Under the pieces are notes generated by a model that made no database searches, was not told the DNA's origin, and saw nothing but the letters and a program-made list of their open reading frames with translations. This document shows, one piece after another, positions 14,488 to 22,993 of a DNA stretch of 25,231 nt; the first letter of the stretch is position 1; each line of letters starts with the position of its first letter. Origin of the DNA: a virus (taxonomy: Duplodnaviria > Caudoviricetes); the IMG/VR virus record IMGVR_UViG_3300020044_004939, positions 1 to 25,231 of that record; one strand, 5' to 3'. The position numbers and the translations under genes were made by a program.

Positions 14488-17334
14488 ATGGCAGCGACAA
14501 AAGACACGACAAATAACCGCATTCAGCTCAATGAAGGCACACGTGCCAGCCCAAAAACGCTGGCCCAAATCGTCACTGACATCAACGATACGACATGGAT
14601 TGAATCGCTATACGGTGGCGCGGTTATTTTGATTAAGCGCAGTATTTTCAGCAACGGTTTCTGGCTGGAATACTCAAACTACACCCACGCAGTTCTTGAA
14701 AACAACTGTCATTTGCTGCAACACACAGCGGGCAGCGGGGTTATTCATCGTCCATTTTCAAGGTGGGAAACAAAGAACACCGGCAACTTTAATCAAACAC
14801 ATGTCCAAGCACTAAGGGCTGGCACGTTTGTGGTGGAGACTGCCCCAGACGGTAGCAAACCAATCATTATCAGCAGCGGTGGGGGTAGATATGACTACCC
14901 CACAACGGCTTTGGTCAGCGGTTTTAATTACTACTCAGTCGCTTATGAGATAAACGGAGTTGCTGTTATCGGTACGAGTGGGCCTAATCTAGCGTTGAAG
15001 CTATTCGGGGCAGCAGGCAGTATCTTTAATAATATGTCTTTTACGGGGCAGGCAATTTTTGAGCTTTTCCCGAACAACACATATGACAGTCTGCTTTCAA
15101 GCAGTTCAAATTTTTCTCTGATTAACGGTGGCTCATCAGGCACCGTATCAATTAAAAACTGGCAGATTGTTAACGCTACGAATTACGGAATTGGTAGCTA
15201 TGTAGACCCAGGTACTACATACAACGTGGTAATCGACGACTTGAAAAATGGTAGCACAGGCGTGTGGAATGGCACTTTCACATATGGCGCAGCTAATGCT
15301 GGTTTAGTAACAACGACTCTACGACACTCAGTTAGCTACACATTTGCCAATGGCACTACACCCATCAGCGGTGTGAAAGTTGCAATCGTCAACACGGCGA
15401 CTGTTGGCACAGCCCAAGCTCAAACGGTGCTGACCGCTGGCGGAACAGGCGTTGCAACTGGGTTTGCTGTGCGCGCACAAGGGTTAGGCAACACAGTTAA
15501 TTTGAGACAACAACAACGCATCTTTGCAAGATCTCTGACACACGATATTCCGCATGTGCAGTTGACGCTGCAAGAACTCACGGCTCCCGTACAGTCCACA
15601 GCACAAGGTGTACCAAGTAGCCTATACGGGGCCAGTGAAGTGGTGGCTGGCGGGGTACTGACAAAACTCACGCTGAACTACACGACTAAGACAATTACTG
15701 TCAATCAGTCCATGCCGTCAAGCGAGCTTTACGACTCATGCAGGTGGAGTTTGTATCAAGACAGCAACTTAGCAACTACTGACTTTCTGAGCTTATCAAC
15801 GGCATCAGCACGGCATTTCGGGGATTGGAACATTGCAGGCACTGGCACGATCACGGGCAACATTGTTACCACCGGCACAATCACTGCACCCGTAAACGGA
15901 ACTTACACAGACAGCACCGGTACAAGATTGAATATCACCGAATTTTCGGGGCGAGCAATCAGCACATATGTGACAATTAATGGTACTGCTGTTGGCGGCA
16001 CAACAGTCAACGGTACTTTTGTGCCAGGATGGGTGCCACTTGCTACATCTCGCGCAATCACTGTGCAGCCCACAGATCAGGTGCGAATCGTTGCTGGCTA
16101 TTGGGGCAGCAAGCCATTGCTTGTGAACTGCTTGGGATCTGAAGTTTCAAAATTTACACTTGTGCTAGACACAGAGCCAGGTGTTGATACATCAATTAGC
16201 ACAGTCAATCGCAACGCAATTGCAAATTCATTTTTGACAATCGTTAACGGTGGGAATATCGAGGGCACGCTAAACCAAACTCTTGCAGCATATACAGCCA
16301 ACGAAGTTGTTTCAGCAATTGCATATGACATTGTGACGACAAGCTACCAAGTATTCGCGGCATGCGCAACCGCGAACTCGGTTGAGTTTTACGCAATCAG
16401 CACCGGTAAGATTGTTTTTTACTCGCCTAGTTACAAACTGCGCATGGCAAACACGACGGCAGGCGGGGCTGCAATTACGCCCAACGCCACAGGCTACAGC
16501 ATCCCGATTGTCACGTATTACTACAACGTGGCAACAGGGGTAGCGTCACCCGTCACGCTGTTAAATGCCTCAAATGCGAAGCTGGAAACGGCACCTTGGA
16601 CTCAAGTAACAGCGTCGCTGAGTGACAGTGACAGAGCCTCTATCGCATCCGCATCGTCTGCGAGCGTATGGGCTGCTGCAACGCGCACGCTCACATCGTC
16701 AGCGCCACCAACAGCAGCAGAGACAGCCACAGCTGTACGCACAAGCTTAGCGACTGAACTAGCTCGAATTGATGTTACAACATCATCTGTTAAAGGCCCT
16801 ACGCTTGCGCAGATTGAAGCATCTACAGTACTAGCTAAAGAAGCAACTGTAAATACTAGATTGGCTACTTCTGGCTATACAGCACCAGACAATACAGCTA
16901 TAGCTGCTGTTAAGGCTAAGACAGATACGTTGTCAAACGGGCCGACGCTCGCTCAGATCGAGGGCAGCACAGTGCTTGCAAAGCAGAGCGGATTTACTGG
17001 TCTTGCCACATCTGCAAACGTCACATCGGCGCAGACGGCAATCGTCGCTGAGATCAACGCGAACGAAACCAAGATTGACACGCTGCAAACAACAGCAACG
17101 GGCATCAAAACCAAGACCGACACGCTCGTTAACGGACCGACACTGTTACAGATTGAGGCATCTACAGTGCTGGCAAAAGAAGCGACGCTCGCGAGCAAAT
17201 CATCACAATCATCAGTTACTGCATTGGGCACTCCGATGCAAGCCGGTGAGGTTGTTGACGCTAACATCATCAAAGTCAATGACGTATTTGTCGATGGAAC
17301 GGGTACGAAAGCAGATCCTTGGGGGCCAGTCTAA
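14488..17334 (+). CDS. 948-aa Thr/Gly/Asn-rich putative fibre/adhesin/decoration protein with C-terminal repeats
   Basis: GGAGG SD; beta-rich body; three GPTL(A/L)QIE(A/G)STVLAK repeats; ends DGTGTKADPWGPV. Confidence 0.7.
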   Translation: MAATKDTTNNRIQLNEGTRASPKTLAQIVTDINDTTWIESLYGGAVILIKRSIFSNGFWLEYSNYTHAVLENNCHLLQHTAGSGVIHRPFSRWETKNTGNFNQTHVQALRAGTFVVETAPDGSKPIIISSGGGRYDYPTTALVSGFNYYSVAYEINGVAVIGTSGPNLALKLFGAAGSIFNNMSFTGQAIFELFPNNTYDSLLSSSSNFSLINGGSSGTVSIKNWQIVNATNYGIGSYVDPGTTYNVVIDDLKNGSTGVWNGTFTYGAANAGLVTTTLRHSVSYTFANGTTPISGVKVAIVNTATVGTAQAQTVLTAGGTGVATGFAVRAQGLGNTVNLRQQQRIFARSLTHDIPHVQLTLQELTAPVQSTAQGVPSSLYGASEVVAGGVLTKLTLNYTTKTITVNQSMPSSELYDSCRWSLYQDSNLATTDFLSLSTASARHFGDWNIAGTGTITGNIVTTGTITAPVNGTYTDSTGTRLNITEFSGRAISTYVTINGTAVGGTTVNGTFVPGWVPLATSRAITVQPTDQVRIVAGYWGSKPLLVNCLGSEVSKFTLVLDTEPGVDTSISTVNRNAIANSFLTIVNGGNIEGTLNQTLAAYTANEVVSAIAYDIVTTSYQVFAACATANSVEFYAISTGKIVFYSPSYKLRMANTTAGGAAITPNATGYSIPIVTYYYNVATGVASPVTLLNASNAKLETAPWTQVTASLSDSDRASIASASSASVWAAATRTLTSSAPPTAAETATAVRTSLATELARIDVTTSSVKGPTLAQIEASTVLAKEATVNTRLATSGYTAPDNTAIAAVKAKTDTLSNGPTLAQIEGSTVLAKQSGFTGLATSANVTSAQTAIVAEINANETKIDTLQTTATGIKTKTDTLVNGPTLLQIEASTVLAKEATLASKSSQSSVTALGTPMQAGEVVDANIIKVNDVFVDGTGTKADPWGPV

Positions 17335-17778
17335 ATGCAAACTTGGGACGCTTGGGGTGGGGCTTGGGCCGGAACATTTGGCTATTCTTGGGGGTATTCC
17401 GAAGAAATAGCAGGCGGTGGCGGCAGTGGTAAACAGAGAAAACAAAAAGGATGGGCTAACGAACGCGCCGCCTTTGAGCAATCTTTGACATTGCGGCAAG
17501 CCCAAACCACCCTACGCAAAACAAAAAAGCCTGAAGCGGTCAAGATGGCGCAGAAAATCAATGCATACGAAACAGGAGGCATTGATCTCGACGCTCTCAG
17601 AATTGAAAACGCTCAGTTGCAAGCAAGACTTAAAACAAAGCAGGAATATCAGGCAGAAATGCAAGCAGCACAGCAAGCAATTCAGGCGTACATTGAAGAC
17701 GAGCAAGAGGCGATTGAACTTTTGATGCTCAGTATTGAGATGGATTCAGAAATTATTTCCAAGACATTTGCAAATTAG
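17335..17778 (+). CDS. Hypothetical protein with N-terminal W-G repeats and acidic/hydrophobic C-terminus
   Basis: WDAWGGAWAGTFGYSWG, GGGGSG linker, coiled coil, EDEQEAIELLML; abuts the previous stop. Confidence 0.75.
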   Translation: MQTWDAWGGAWAGTFGYSWGYSEEIAGGGGSGKQRKQKGWANERAAFEQSLTLRQAQTTLRKTKKPEAVKMAQKINAYETGGIDLDALRIENAQLQARLKTKQEYQAEMQAAQQAIQAYIEDEQEAIELLMLSIEMDSEIISKTFAN

Positions 17779-17806
17779 TTGCCAAAAAGTGACAATTGCA
17801 CACAAA

Positions 17807-17835
17807 CGGTTTCCACCCAGCCGCTTCAATGGGTG
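17807..17835 (+). promoter_or_regulatory. H-type pseudoknot in the scaffold gene leader
   Basis: S1 CGGTT(17807-11)/AGCCG(17819-23), S2 CACCC(17814-18)/GGGTG(17831-35). Confidence 0.55.
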
Positions 17836-17853
17836 AGTTTCACAGGGCCAAAG

Positions 17854-18729
17854 ATGAACACACAGGCAGAACAGGACGACACCACCACAGACGACGAAAC
17901 CACAGTCATTGAGAACGAGACCACCGAGCAACCCGAAGCGCAAGCCGAAGGCGATCAGGTCGAGACCCCAGAAGACGACGGCGAATCAGACGAGGTTGTA
18001 GTCACCATTGGTGAGGAAGCGCCGCCTCCCGAAGAACCGGCACACGCTCCTGAATGGGTGCGCGAGCTACGCAAGTCAGACCGCGAAAAATCTCGCCGCA
18101 TTCGTGAACTCGAAGCCAAGCTGCAAACCACTGCACAGACTGAGACCAAGCCGGTCACGCTGGGGGCAAAGCCAAAGCTTGAAGATCACGACTATGACGC
18201 CGAAAAGTTCGAGGAAGCATTGGCCACTTGGTTTGAGCGCAAGCGCAAAGCCGACGAAGCCAACGCCAAGCAAGAAGCTGAAGTTATGAATCAGCAAAAA
18301 GCTTGGCAAGCCAAGTTGGAAGGCTACGGCAAAGCGAAAGCTGAACTGCGAGTCAAAGACTTTGAAGATGCCGAGGCCGTGGCTCAGGAATTATTCAACG
18401 TCACCCAGCAAGGCATCATGCTACAAGGTGCGGATAACCCCGCCCTCGTCGTTTACGCGCTCGGCAAGAACCCCAAAAAGGCGCAAGAGCTGGCATCAAT
18501 CAAAGACCCCGTAAAGTTTGCTTTTGCGGTCGCCAAATTGGAGAAAGATTTGAAAGTAACGAACCGCAGAGCAGCCCCACCGCCTGAGCGAGTCGTGTCC
18601 GGAACAGGGCGCGTCTCGGGGGCGGTGGACTCAACCCTCGAACGGCTGCGCGACGAAGCTGCCCGTACTGGCAACATGACGAAAGTCATTCAGTACAAAG
18701 CGCAAAAACGAGCAGCATCATCCAAATGA
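17854..18729 (+). CDS. Capsid scaffolding protein (P22 gp8 position; start MNTQAE)
   Basis: Acidic N-terminus, APEWVRELRK, KPKLEDHDYD, LVVYALGKNP, C-terminal helix-loop-helix; directly before coat. Confidence 0.88.
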   Translation: MNTQAEQDDTTTDDETTVIENETTEQPEAQAEGDQVETPEDDGESDEVVVTIGEEAPPPEEPAHAPEWVRELRKSDREKSRRIRELEAKLQTTAQTETKPVTLGAKPKLEDHDYDAEKFEEALATWFERKRKADEANAKQEAEVMNQQKAWQAKLEGYGKAKAELRVKDFEDAEAVAQELFNVTQQGIMLQGADNPALVVYALGKNPKKAQELASIKDPVKFAFAVAKLEKDLKVTNRRAAPPPERVVSGTGRVSGAVDSTLERLRDEAARTGNMTKVIQYKAQKRAASSK

Positions 18730-18749
18730 CATTTTTTTAAGGAAACACC

Positions 18750-20021
18750 ATGCCTAATGCATTCAGCAAAGAAGAACGCGTCGCGTTTGAAAACATCCTC
18801 GAAGGCTTCCAAGACGCCTTGGTCCTGTCACGTAACGTGTCGGTCTACAACACCGACAGCACCAGCATGGAACGCAGCCGCGACACAATCTGGCGGCCAA
18901 TGCCCTACATTGCGCAATCCTTTAATTCGACTGTTGGCTCGTCCATCTCATCGAACTACGATGACATGACGCAGTTGTCTGTTCCTGCGACTCTTGGTTT
19001 TTCAAAGACAAGCGCATGGAAACTGGACGCCAAAGAATTGCGCGACGCCCTGCAAGAGAACCGACTGGGCCAAGCCGCACGCCAAAAACTGGCAAGCGAC
19101 ATTAACGTGTCCGTTATGAACGTGGCTGCTAATCAAGGAACTCTAGTCGTCGCTGTTGCTGGCGCATCTGGTGACTACGACGACATCGCTCTTTGCGACA
19201 GCGTGATGAACGAGCAAGGTATTCCAATGGAAAACCGTTACCTCGCTCTGAATAGCCGCGACTACAACGGTTTGGCTGGAAACTTGGCCGCTACGACTCG
19301 CAGCTTTGGCAACCAGAAGTCTGACAAGGCTTATGAGCGCAGCTACGTGGGCATGGTCGCAGGCTTTGAAAGCTATAAGCTCGACTACGGCAACCGCATC
19401 GCAGCGCAAGCCACTGCGGTCACAATCGCCACCAACGGCGCTCAAGTTCGCTTTGTGCCCCGTGCCACAACCACATCGGTGGGTGGGCAGATTAACGTGG
19501 ACAACCGCTATCAGACAGTGACTGTGAGCACCACCGTCGGCGTCAACGTCGGCGATGCTTTCACAATCCCTGGCATCAATGCACGCCACCACATCACCAA
19601 GCTGTCTACTGGCCAGCCTAAGACCTTCCGAGTTATCTCGGTGGACTCGGGCACAACCATGACGATCAGCCCCCCGATGATTGGCGCAAACTCCAGCCCA
19701 ACCGACGCAGAGTTGCAGTACCAAAACATCGAAGTGGCCAGCACCTCTGCTACCGCTACGATCAACTGGCTCAACGACAACGCCACCGGCGTGAACTGCT
19801 TCTGGCACAAAGACAGCATCGAACTGCTTCCTGGTCGTTATGCAGTGCCCACAGACGCAGGCACATCTGTCATGCGTGCCAGCACTGACCAAGGCATTGA
19901 GCTTGTGATGCAGAAGTTCTACGACATCGACACCATGACCACAAAGTATCGTCTGGACACTTTGTATGGCGTCACCATGTCCAACCCGCAAATGGCTGGC
20001 ATCTTGCTGTTTAACCAATAA
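18750..20021 (+). CDS. Major capsid protein, P22 gp5-like
   Basis: AAGGA SD; MERSRDTIWRPMPY, AARQKLASDIN, VGDAFTIPG, KTFRVISV, TISPP, YRLDTLYGV...PQMAGI. Confidence 0.95.
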   Translation: MPNAFSKEERVAFENILEGFQDALVLSRNVSVYNTDSTSMERSRDTIWRPMPYIAQSFNSTVGSSISSNYDDMTQLSVPATLGFSKTSAWKLDAKELRDALQENRLGQAARQKLASDINVSVMNVAANQGTLVVAVAGASGDYDDIALCDSVMNEQGIPMENRYLALNSRDYNGLAGNLAATTRSFGNQKSDKAYERSYVGMVAGFESYKLDYGNRIAAQATAVTIATNGAQVRFVPRATTTSVGGQINVDNRYQTVTVSTTVGVNVGDAFTIPGINARHHITKLSTGQPKTFRVISVDSGTTMTISPPMIGANSSPTDAELQYQNIEVASTSATATINWLNDNATGVNCFWHKDSIELLPGRYAVPTDAGTSVMRASTDQGIELVMQKFYDIDTMTTKYRLDTLYGVTMSNPQMAGILLFNQ

Positions 20022-20032
20022 GCAGCACTAAC

Positions 20033-20063
20033 GAATGGGGGGGTTTCGGCTCCCCCCTTTCTT
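20033..20063 (+). terminator. Intrinsic terminator after the coat gene
   Basis: GGGGGGGT-TTCG-GCTCCCCCC hairpin followed by TTTCTT. Confidence 0.8.
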
Positions 20064-20101
20064 GCATAGGAGAACCCCATGTCAATGAAAAAGAAGGCCA
20101 A

Positions 20102-20377
20102 ATGATGCAAGACGACATCCGCACCCCTCGACACAAAAAACTAGCCAAGATTCGCAAGCCCTCTCAACCGCTTGACGGCATCAATCATCGACTACTGCGC
20201 GAACAAGCCGCAGCCAAAGCACAGCAGACAGACGAAGCCAAAGCAGACGACACAGAGCCGACCCGTGCCGAACTTGAAGCCAAAGCCGCAGAGCTTGGAA
20301 TCAAGTTTGATGGTCGCACCGGCGATAAAAAGCTGGGACAATTGATCCAAGCCAAATTGTCTGAAACCGGGGAATAA
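20102..20377 (+). CDS. Hypothetical protein with C-terminal HeH/LEM-like motif
   Basis: TRAELEAKAAELGIKFDGRTGDKKLGQLI; post-capsid position. Confidence 0.7.
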   Translation: MMQDDIRTPRHKKLAKIRKPSQPLDGINHRLLREQAAAKAQQTDEAKADDTEPTRAELEAKAAELGIKFDGRTGDKKLGQLIQAKLSETGE

Positions 20378-20378
20378 C

Positions 20379-20861
20379 ATGGGATGGACCAAGCGCCAAA
20401 TGATCGAGCAGGCCTTCGACGAGATCGGCCTTGCCAGCTACGCTTTTGACCTGACACCAGAGCAAATGCAATCCGCCATCAGGCGCTTGGACACCATGAT
20501 GGCCGCTTGGAACGCCCTTGGCATTCGCTTGGGCTACCCGCTCCCGTCCAGCCCCCAAGACAGCGATCTCGACGAACAAACCAACGTGCCCGACAGCGCC
20601 AACGAGGCCATCTACACAAATCTGGCGATCAAACTCGCGCCCAGCTACGGCAAGCAGGTCATGCCCGACACCAAGGCCACAGCAAAGGAGTCGTACAACA
20701 CGCTTTTGTCACTCGCAGCCATGCCCAAAGAGCAGCAAATGCCCGGCACCATGCCAGCAGGCGCAGGCAACAAGCCTTGGCGCTTGGACGACAAACCATT
20801 CCTACGCTCCCCCGTCGATCAAGTCTTGGCCGGTGGTGATGGCCCCATCGACTACAACTGA
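20379..20861 (+). CDS. P22 gp4-like head-to-tail adaptor (packaged DNA stabilisation)
   Basis: TKRQMIEQAF, LDTMMAAW..GIRLGY, AIYTNLAIKLAPSYG, MPAGAGNK. Confidence 0.9.
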   Translation: MGWTKRQMIEQAFDEIGLASYAFDLTPEQMQSAIRRLDTMMAAWNALGIRLGYPLPSSPQDSDLDEQTNVPDSANEAIYTNLAIKLAPSYGKQVMPDTKATAKESYNTLLSLAAMPKEQQMPGTMPAGAGNKPWRLDDKPFLRSPVDQVLAGGDGPIDYN

Positions 20862-20870
20862 AAGCACCCC

Positions 20871-21326
20871 ATGCCAACGATCAACCAACTCTCAGGCGTC
20901 AGCCAACTCAGCGGCGGCGACCTCCTGCCGGTCTACGTCACCAACAACGGCGACGCCCGCAAAGTCTCCCTCACTCAGTTGCTGGAATACTTTCAGACGG
21001 TCTTTGCCGCCCCCACTGTGGCCACCACCCTAGCCACCCCAGGCACCGGCTTCAACGTGGCCGTGCCCACGCCCGTCAGCCAGCAGCAGTGGATGATCTT
21101 GCAACCCGCAGGCACCTTGGCCACCGGCACCGTCACCCTGCCCCTCAACACAGCAACCCGCGACGGCACACAGGTGCTGATCACCACCACCCAGATCATC
21201 ACCGCATTTACACTGGCCCTTAACGGCGCATCAGCGGCATTCGGCGCACCCACCACACTGGCCGCAAACGCATTTTTCACCATGCGCTTCTACCAGGCCA
21301 CTAATTCGTGGTACAAAATTTCTTAA
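20871..21326 (+). CDS. Hypothetical virion-associated protein
   Basis: 151 aa, native codon usage; PAGTLATGTVTLP...DGTQV beta-rich domain. Confidence 0.75.
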   Translation: MPTINQLSGVSQLSGGDLLPVYVTNNGDARKVSLTQLLEYFQTVFAAPTVATTLATPGTGFNVAVPTPVSQQQWMILQPAGTLATGTVTLPLNTATRDGTQVLITTTQIITAFTLALNGASAAFGAPTTLAANAFFTMRFYQATNSWYKIS

Positions 21327-21339
21327 ACTGGAGTCAATC

Positions 21340-21651
21340 ATGGGCATGAGAGCATTTTCACCATCAAACATTACCGCAAACATTGCTGTTAGTGCGGTAT
21401 CTCAAAGCGTCAAAGTTATAAATCGAAATTCTCCAATAACTGTGAGAATCGTTAATAATGGAACTTCTACAGTATGGTTAAGTTTTGGTGGCTCAACAGT
21501 TACGGCATCGCTTTCTACAAGTTTTCCAATTGGCCCAGGAGTTCATGAAGTTTTAACAATGTCACCAAGCCCAAATGGAGACTTGTATATTGCAGCTATA
21601 GCGGCGGCAGCAACGGGCACAATTTACTTCACTCCTGGGGAGGGTTTGTAA
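21340..21651 (+). CDS. Small beta-sandwich-like virion protein
   Basis: GGAG SD; VRIVNNG...VWLSFG...FTPGEG; TAATG-coupled; AT-richer. Confidence 0.75.
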   Translation: MGMRAFSPSNITANIAVSAVSQSVKVINRNSPITVRIVNNGTSTVWLSFGGSTVTASLSTSFPIGPGVHEVLTMSPSPNGDLYIAAIAAAATGTIYFTPGEGL

Positions 21652-22937
21652 TGTCTATCAAATGGGGTGGTCGTGGATTTGGTCACTCTTCTCGATGGGG
21701 CCAATCAGCTTCGTCTTTGTCTCCATCGCTATTTCTTGACTTTACTAATACCGAAACCCTTGATTCCCGTGTTAGCTTCACCCGTACAACGACAGCAACC
21801 CGCACCAACTCCAGCGGCTTGATTGAATCCGTTGATATCAACGTCCCACGCTTCGATTACGACCCTGTAACGCTAGAAGCAAAGGGATTTTTGATTGAGG
21901 AACAACGGACTAACAGTATTCGTAATAACACGATGGTTGGTGCGGTGGTTGGCACGCCCGGTACGTTGCCTACAAATTGGGGGGTGTTTAGCAATGCAGG
22001 GTTGACAACCAGTGTTGTGGGTAAAGGTAGTCAATCAGGGATTAACTATGTCGATCTTCGCATTAGTGGCACATCAACAACATCTTTTTATGTAATGTCA
22101 TTTGACACTACTGCTACTTCAGGGGCAGCTGGTCAGGCGTGGACAGAGAGTTTTTGGTGCGGGAGGGTAGGGGGTTCAGCCACAAACATTAGTTCGTCGG
22201 CGGTTAACCTACGACAAGTTGGAGGCGCAGGGAATAACTTCGACACCGCTTTTACTCTGTCTACCAACTTCAACAGGTCTACCAGTTCTGGTACTTTGAC
22301 TACCGGCGCTACGGGGGTTTTTGCTGCCATCATCTTGAACATCATCAACGGTGCAGCCATTGATATAACCCTCCGCATCGGTATGCCACAACTGGAACAA
22401 GGAGACTTTGCCACCAGTGTAATCCCCACCACCACAGCAGCAGCCACACGAGCCGCTGATGTGGCAGTGATGACGGGGACTAACTTTAGCTCTTGGTATA
22501 ACCAGAGTGAGGGGACGTTGTTTGTGGATGTTGCTGACTACGTTGGTAATGCAACGGTAACAACTAGGTTCGCAGAACTTGCAAATAGCACGTTAGGAGG
22601 TTCAGAAAGGATGTTAATTGGCAAGGCTACTGGCGGTGCATCGTCGAGGTTCTTGGTTATTTCTTCAAGCACCAGTCAAGCTGACGTATACGCCACTATC
22701 CCAAGCGTCGGAGCAAAGGTCGCTGCGACATATAAAGCCAATTCATTTAACCAAGCGTCTAACGGTGTAATAGGTACTGAGGATGCAAGTGGCGTTGTTC
22801 CAACTGGAATCAATGCACTCTACATTGGGTCTGACTATACGGGTGCAATCGGCCCGATACTCAACGGCCACATCCGTAGCCTGAAATACTACAACACACG
22901 TTTGCCAAACGCTCAACTACAGGCCATCACAGCATGA
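21651..22937 (+). CDS. Head spike/fibre-like protein with ConA/LamG-like C-terminal domain
   Basis: SLFLDF, FTRTTTAT, PRFDYDP, GFLIEEQRTN, QLEQGDFATSVIPTT..AATRAAD, WYNQSEGT, LNGHIRSLKYYNTRLPNAQLQAIT. Confidence 0.82.
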   Translation: MSIKWGGRGFGHSSRWGQSASSLSPSLFLDFTNTETLDSRVSFTRTTTATRTNSSGLIESVDINVPRFDYDPVTLEAKGFLIEEQRTNSIRNNTMVGAVVGTPGTLPTNWGVFSNAGLTTSVVGKGSQSGINYVDLRISGTSTTSFYVMSFDTTATSGAAGQAWTESFWCGRVGGSATNISSSAVNLRQVGGAGNNFDTAFTLSTNFNRSTSSGTLTTGATGVFAAIILNIINGAAIDITLRIGMPQLEQGDFATSVIPTTTAAATRAADVAVMTGTNFSSWYNQSEGTLFVDVADYVGNATVTTRFAELANSTLGGSERMLIGKATGGASSRFLVISSSTSQADVYATIPSVGAKVAATYKANSFNQASNGVIGTEDASGVVPTGINALYIGSDYTGAIGPILNGHIRSLKYYNTRLPNAQLQAITA

Positions 22938-22993
22938 CCGACCTGCACCTGAAATCCACAGACGAAGCCCAAGCCAGAAACAAGGCAAAGTAA
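22934..22993 (+). CDS. 19-aa stub ORF MTDLHLKSTDEAQARNKAK
   Basis: ATGA overlap upstream; TAA directly abuts the gp10-like ATG. Confidence 0.45.
   Translation: MTDLHLKSTDEAQARNKAK

Noticed and set aside
16790-17190. DGR template/variable repeats or CRISPR array
   Set aside because: Differences are mostly synonymous, not adenine-specific; no reverse transcriptase or cas gene; repeats are in-frame protein repeats
3158-17778. Genome-wide TAG recoding (TAGs at 3230, 7738, 8662 and 17776 are each followed by open frames)
   Set aside because: All long genes are intact under code 11 with no internal TAG; read-through segments cross promoter-like DNA or look non-coding; no suppressor tRNA seen
17779-17853. 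TTG start extending the scaffold to 316 aa
   Set aside because: Region holds promoter-like and pseudoknot signals; ATG 17854 begins the acidic scaffold sequence
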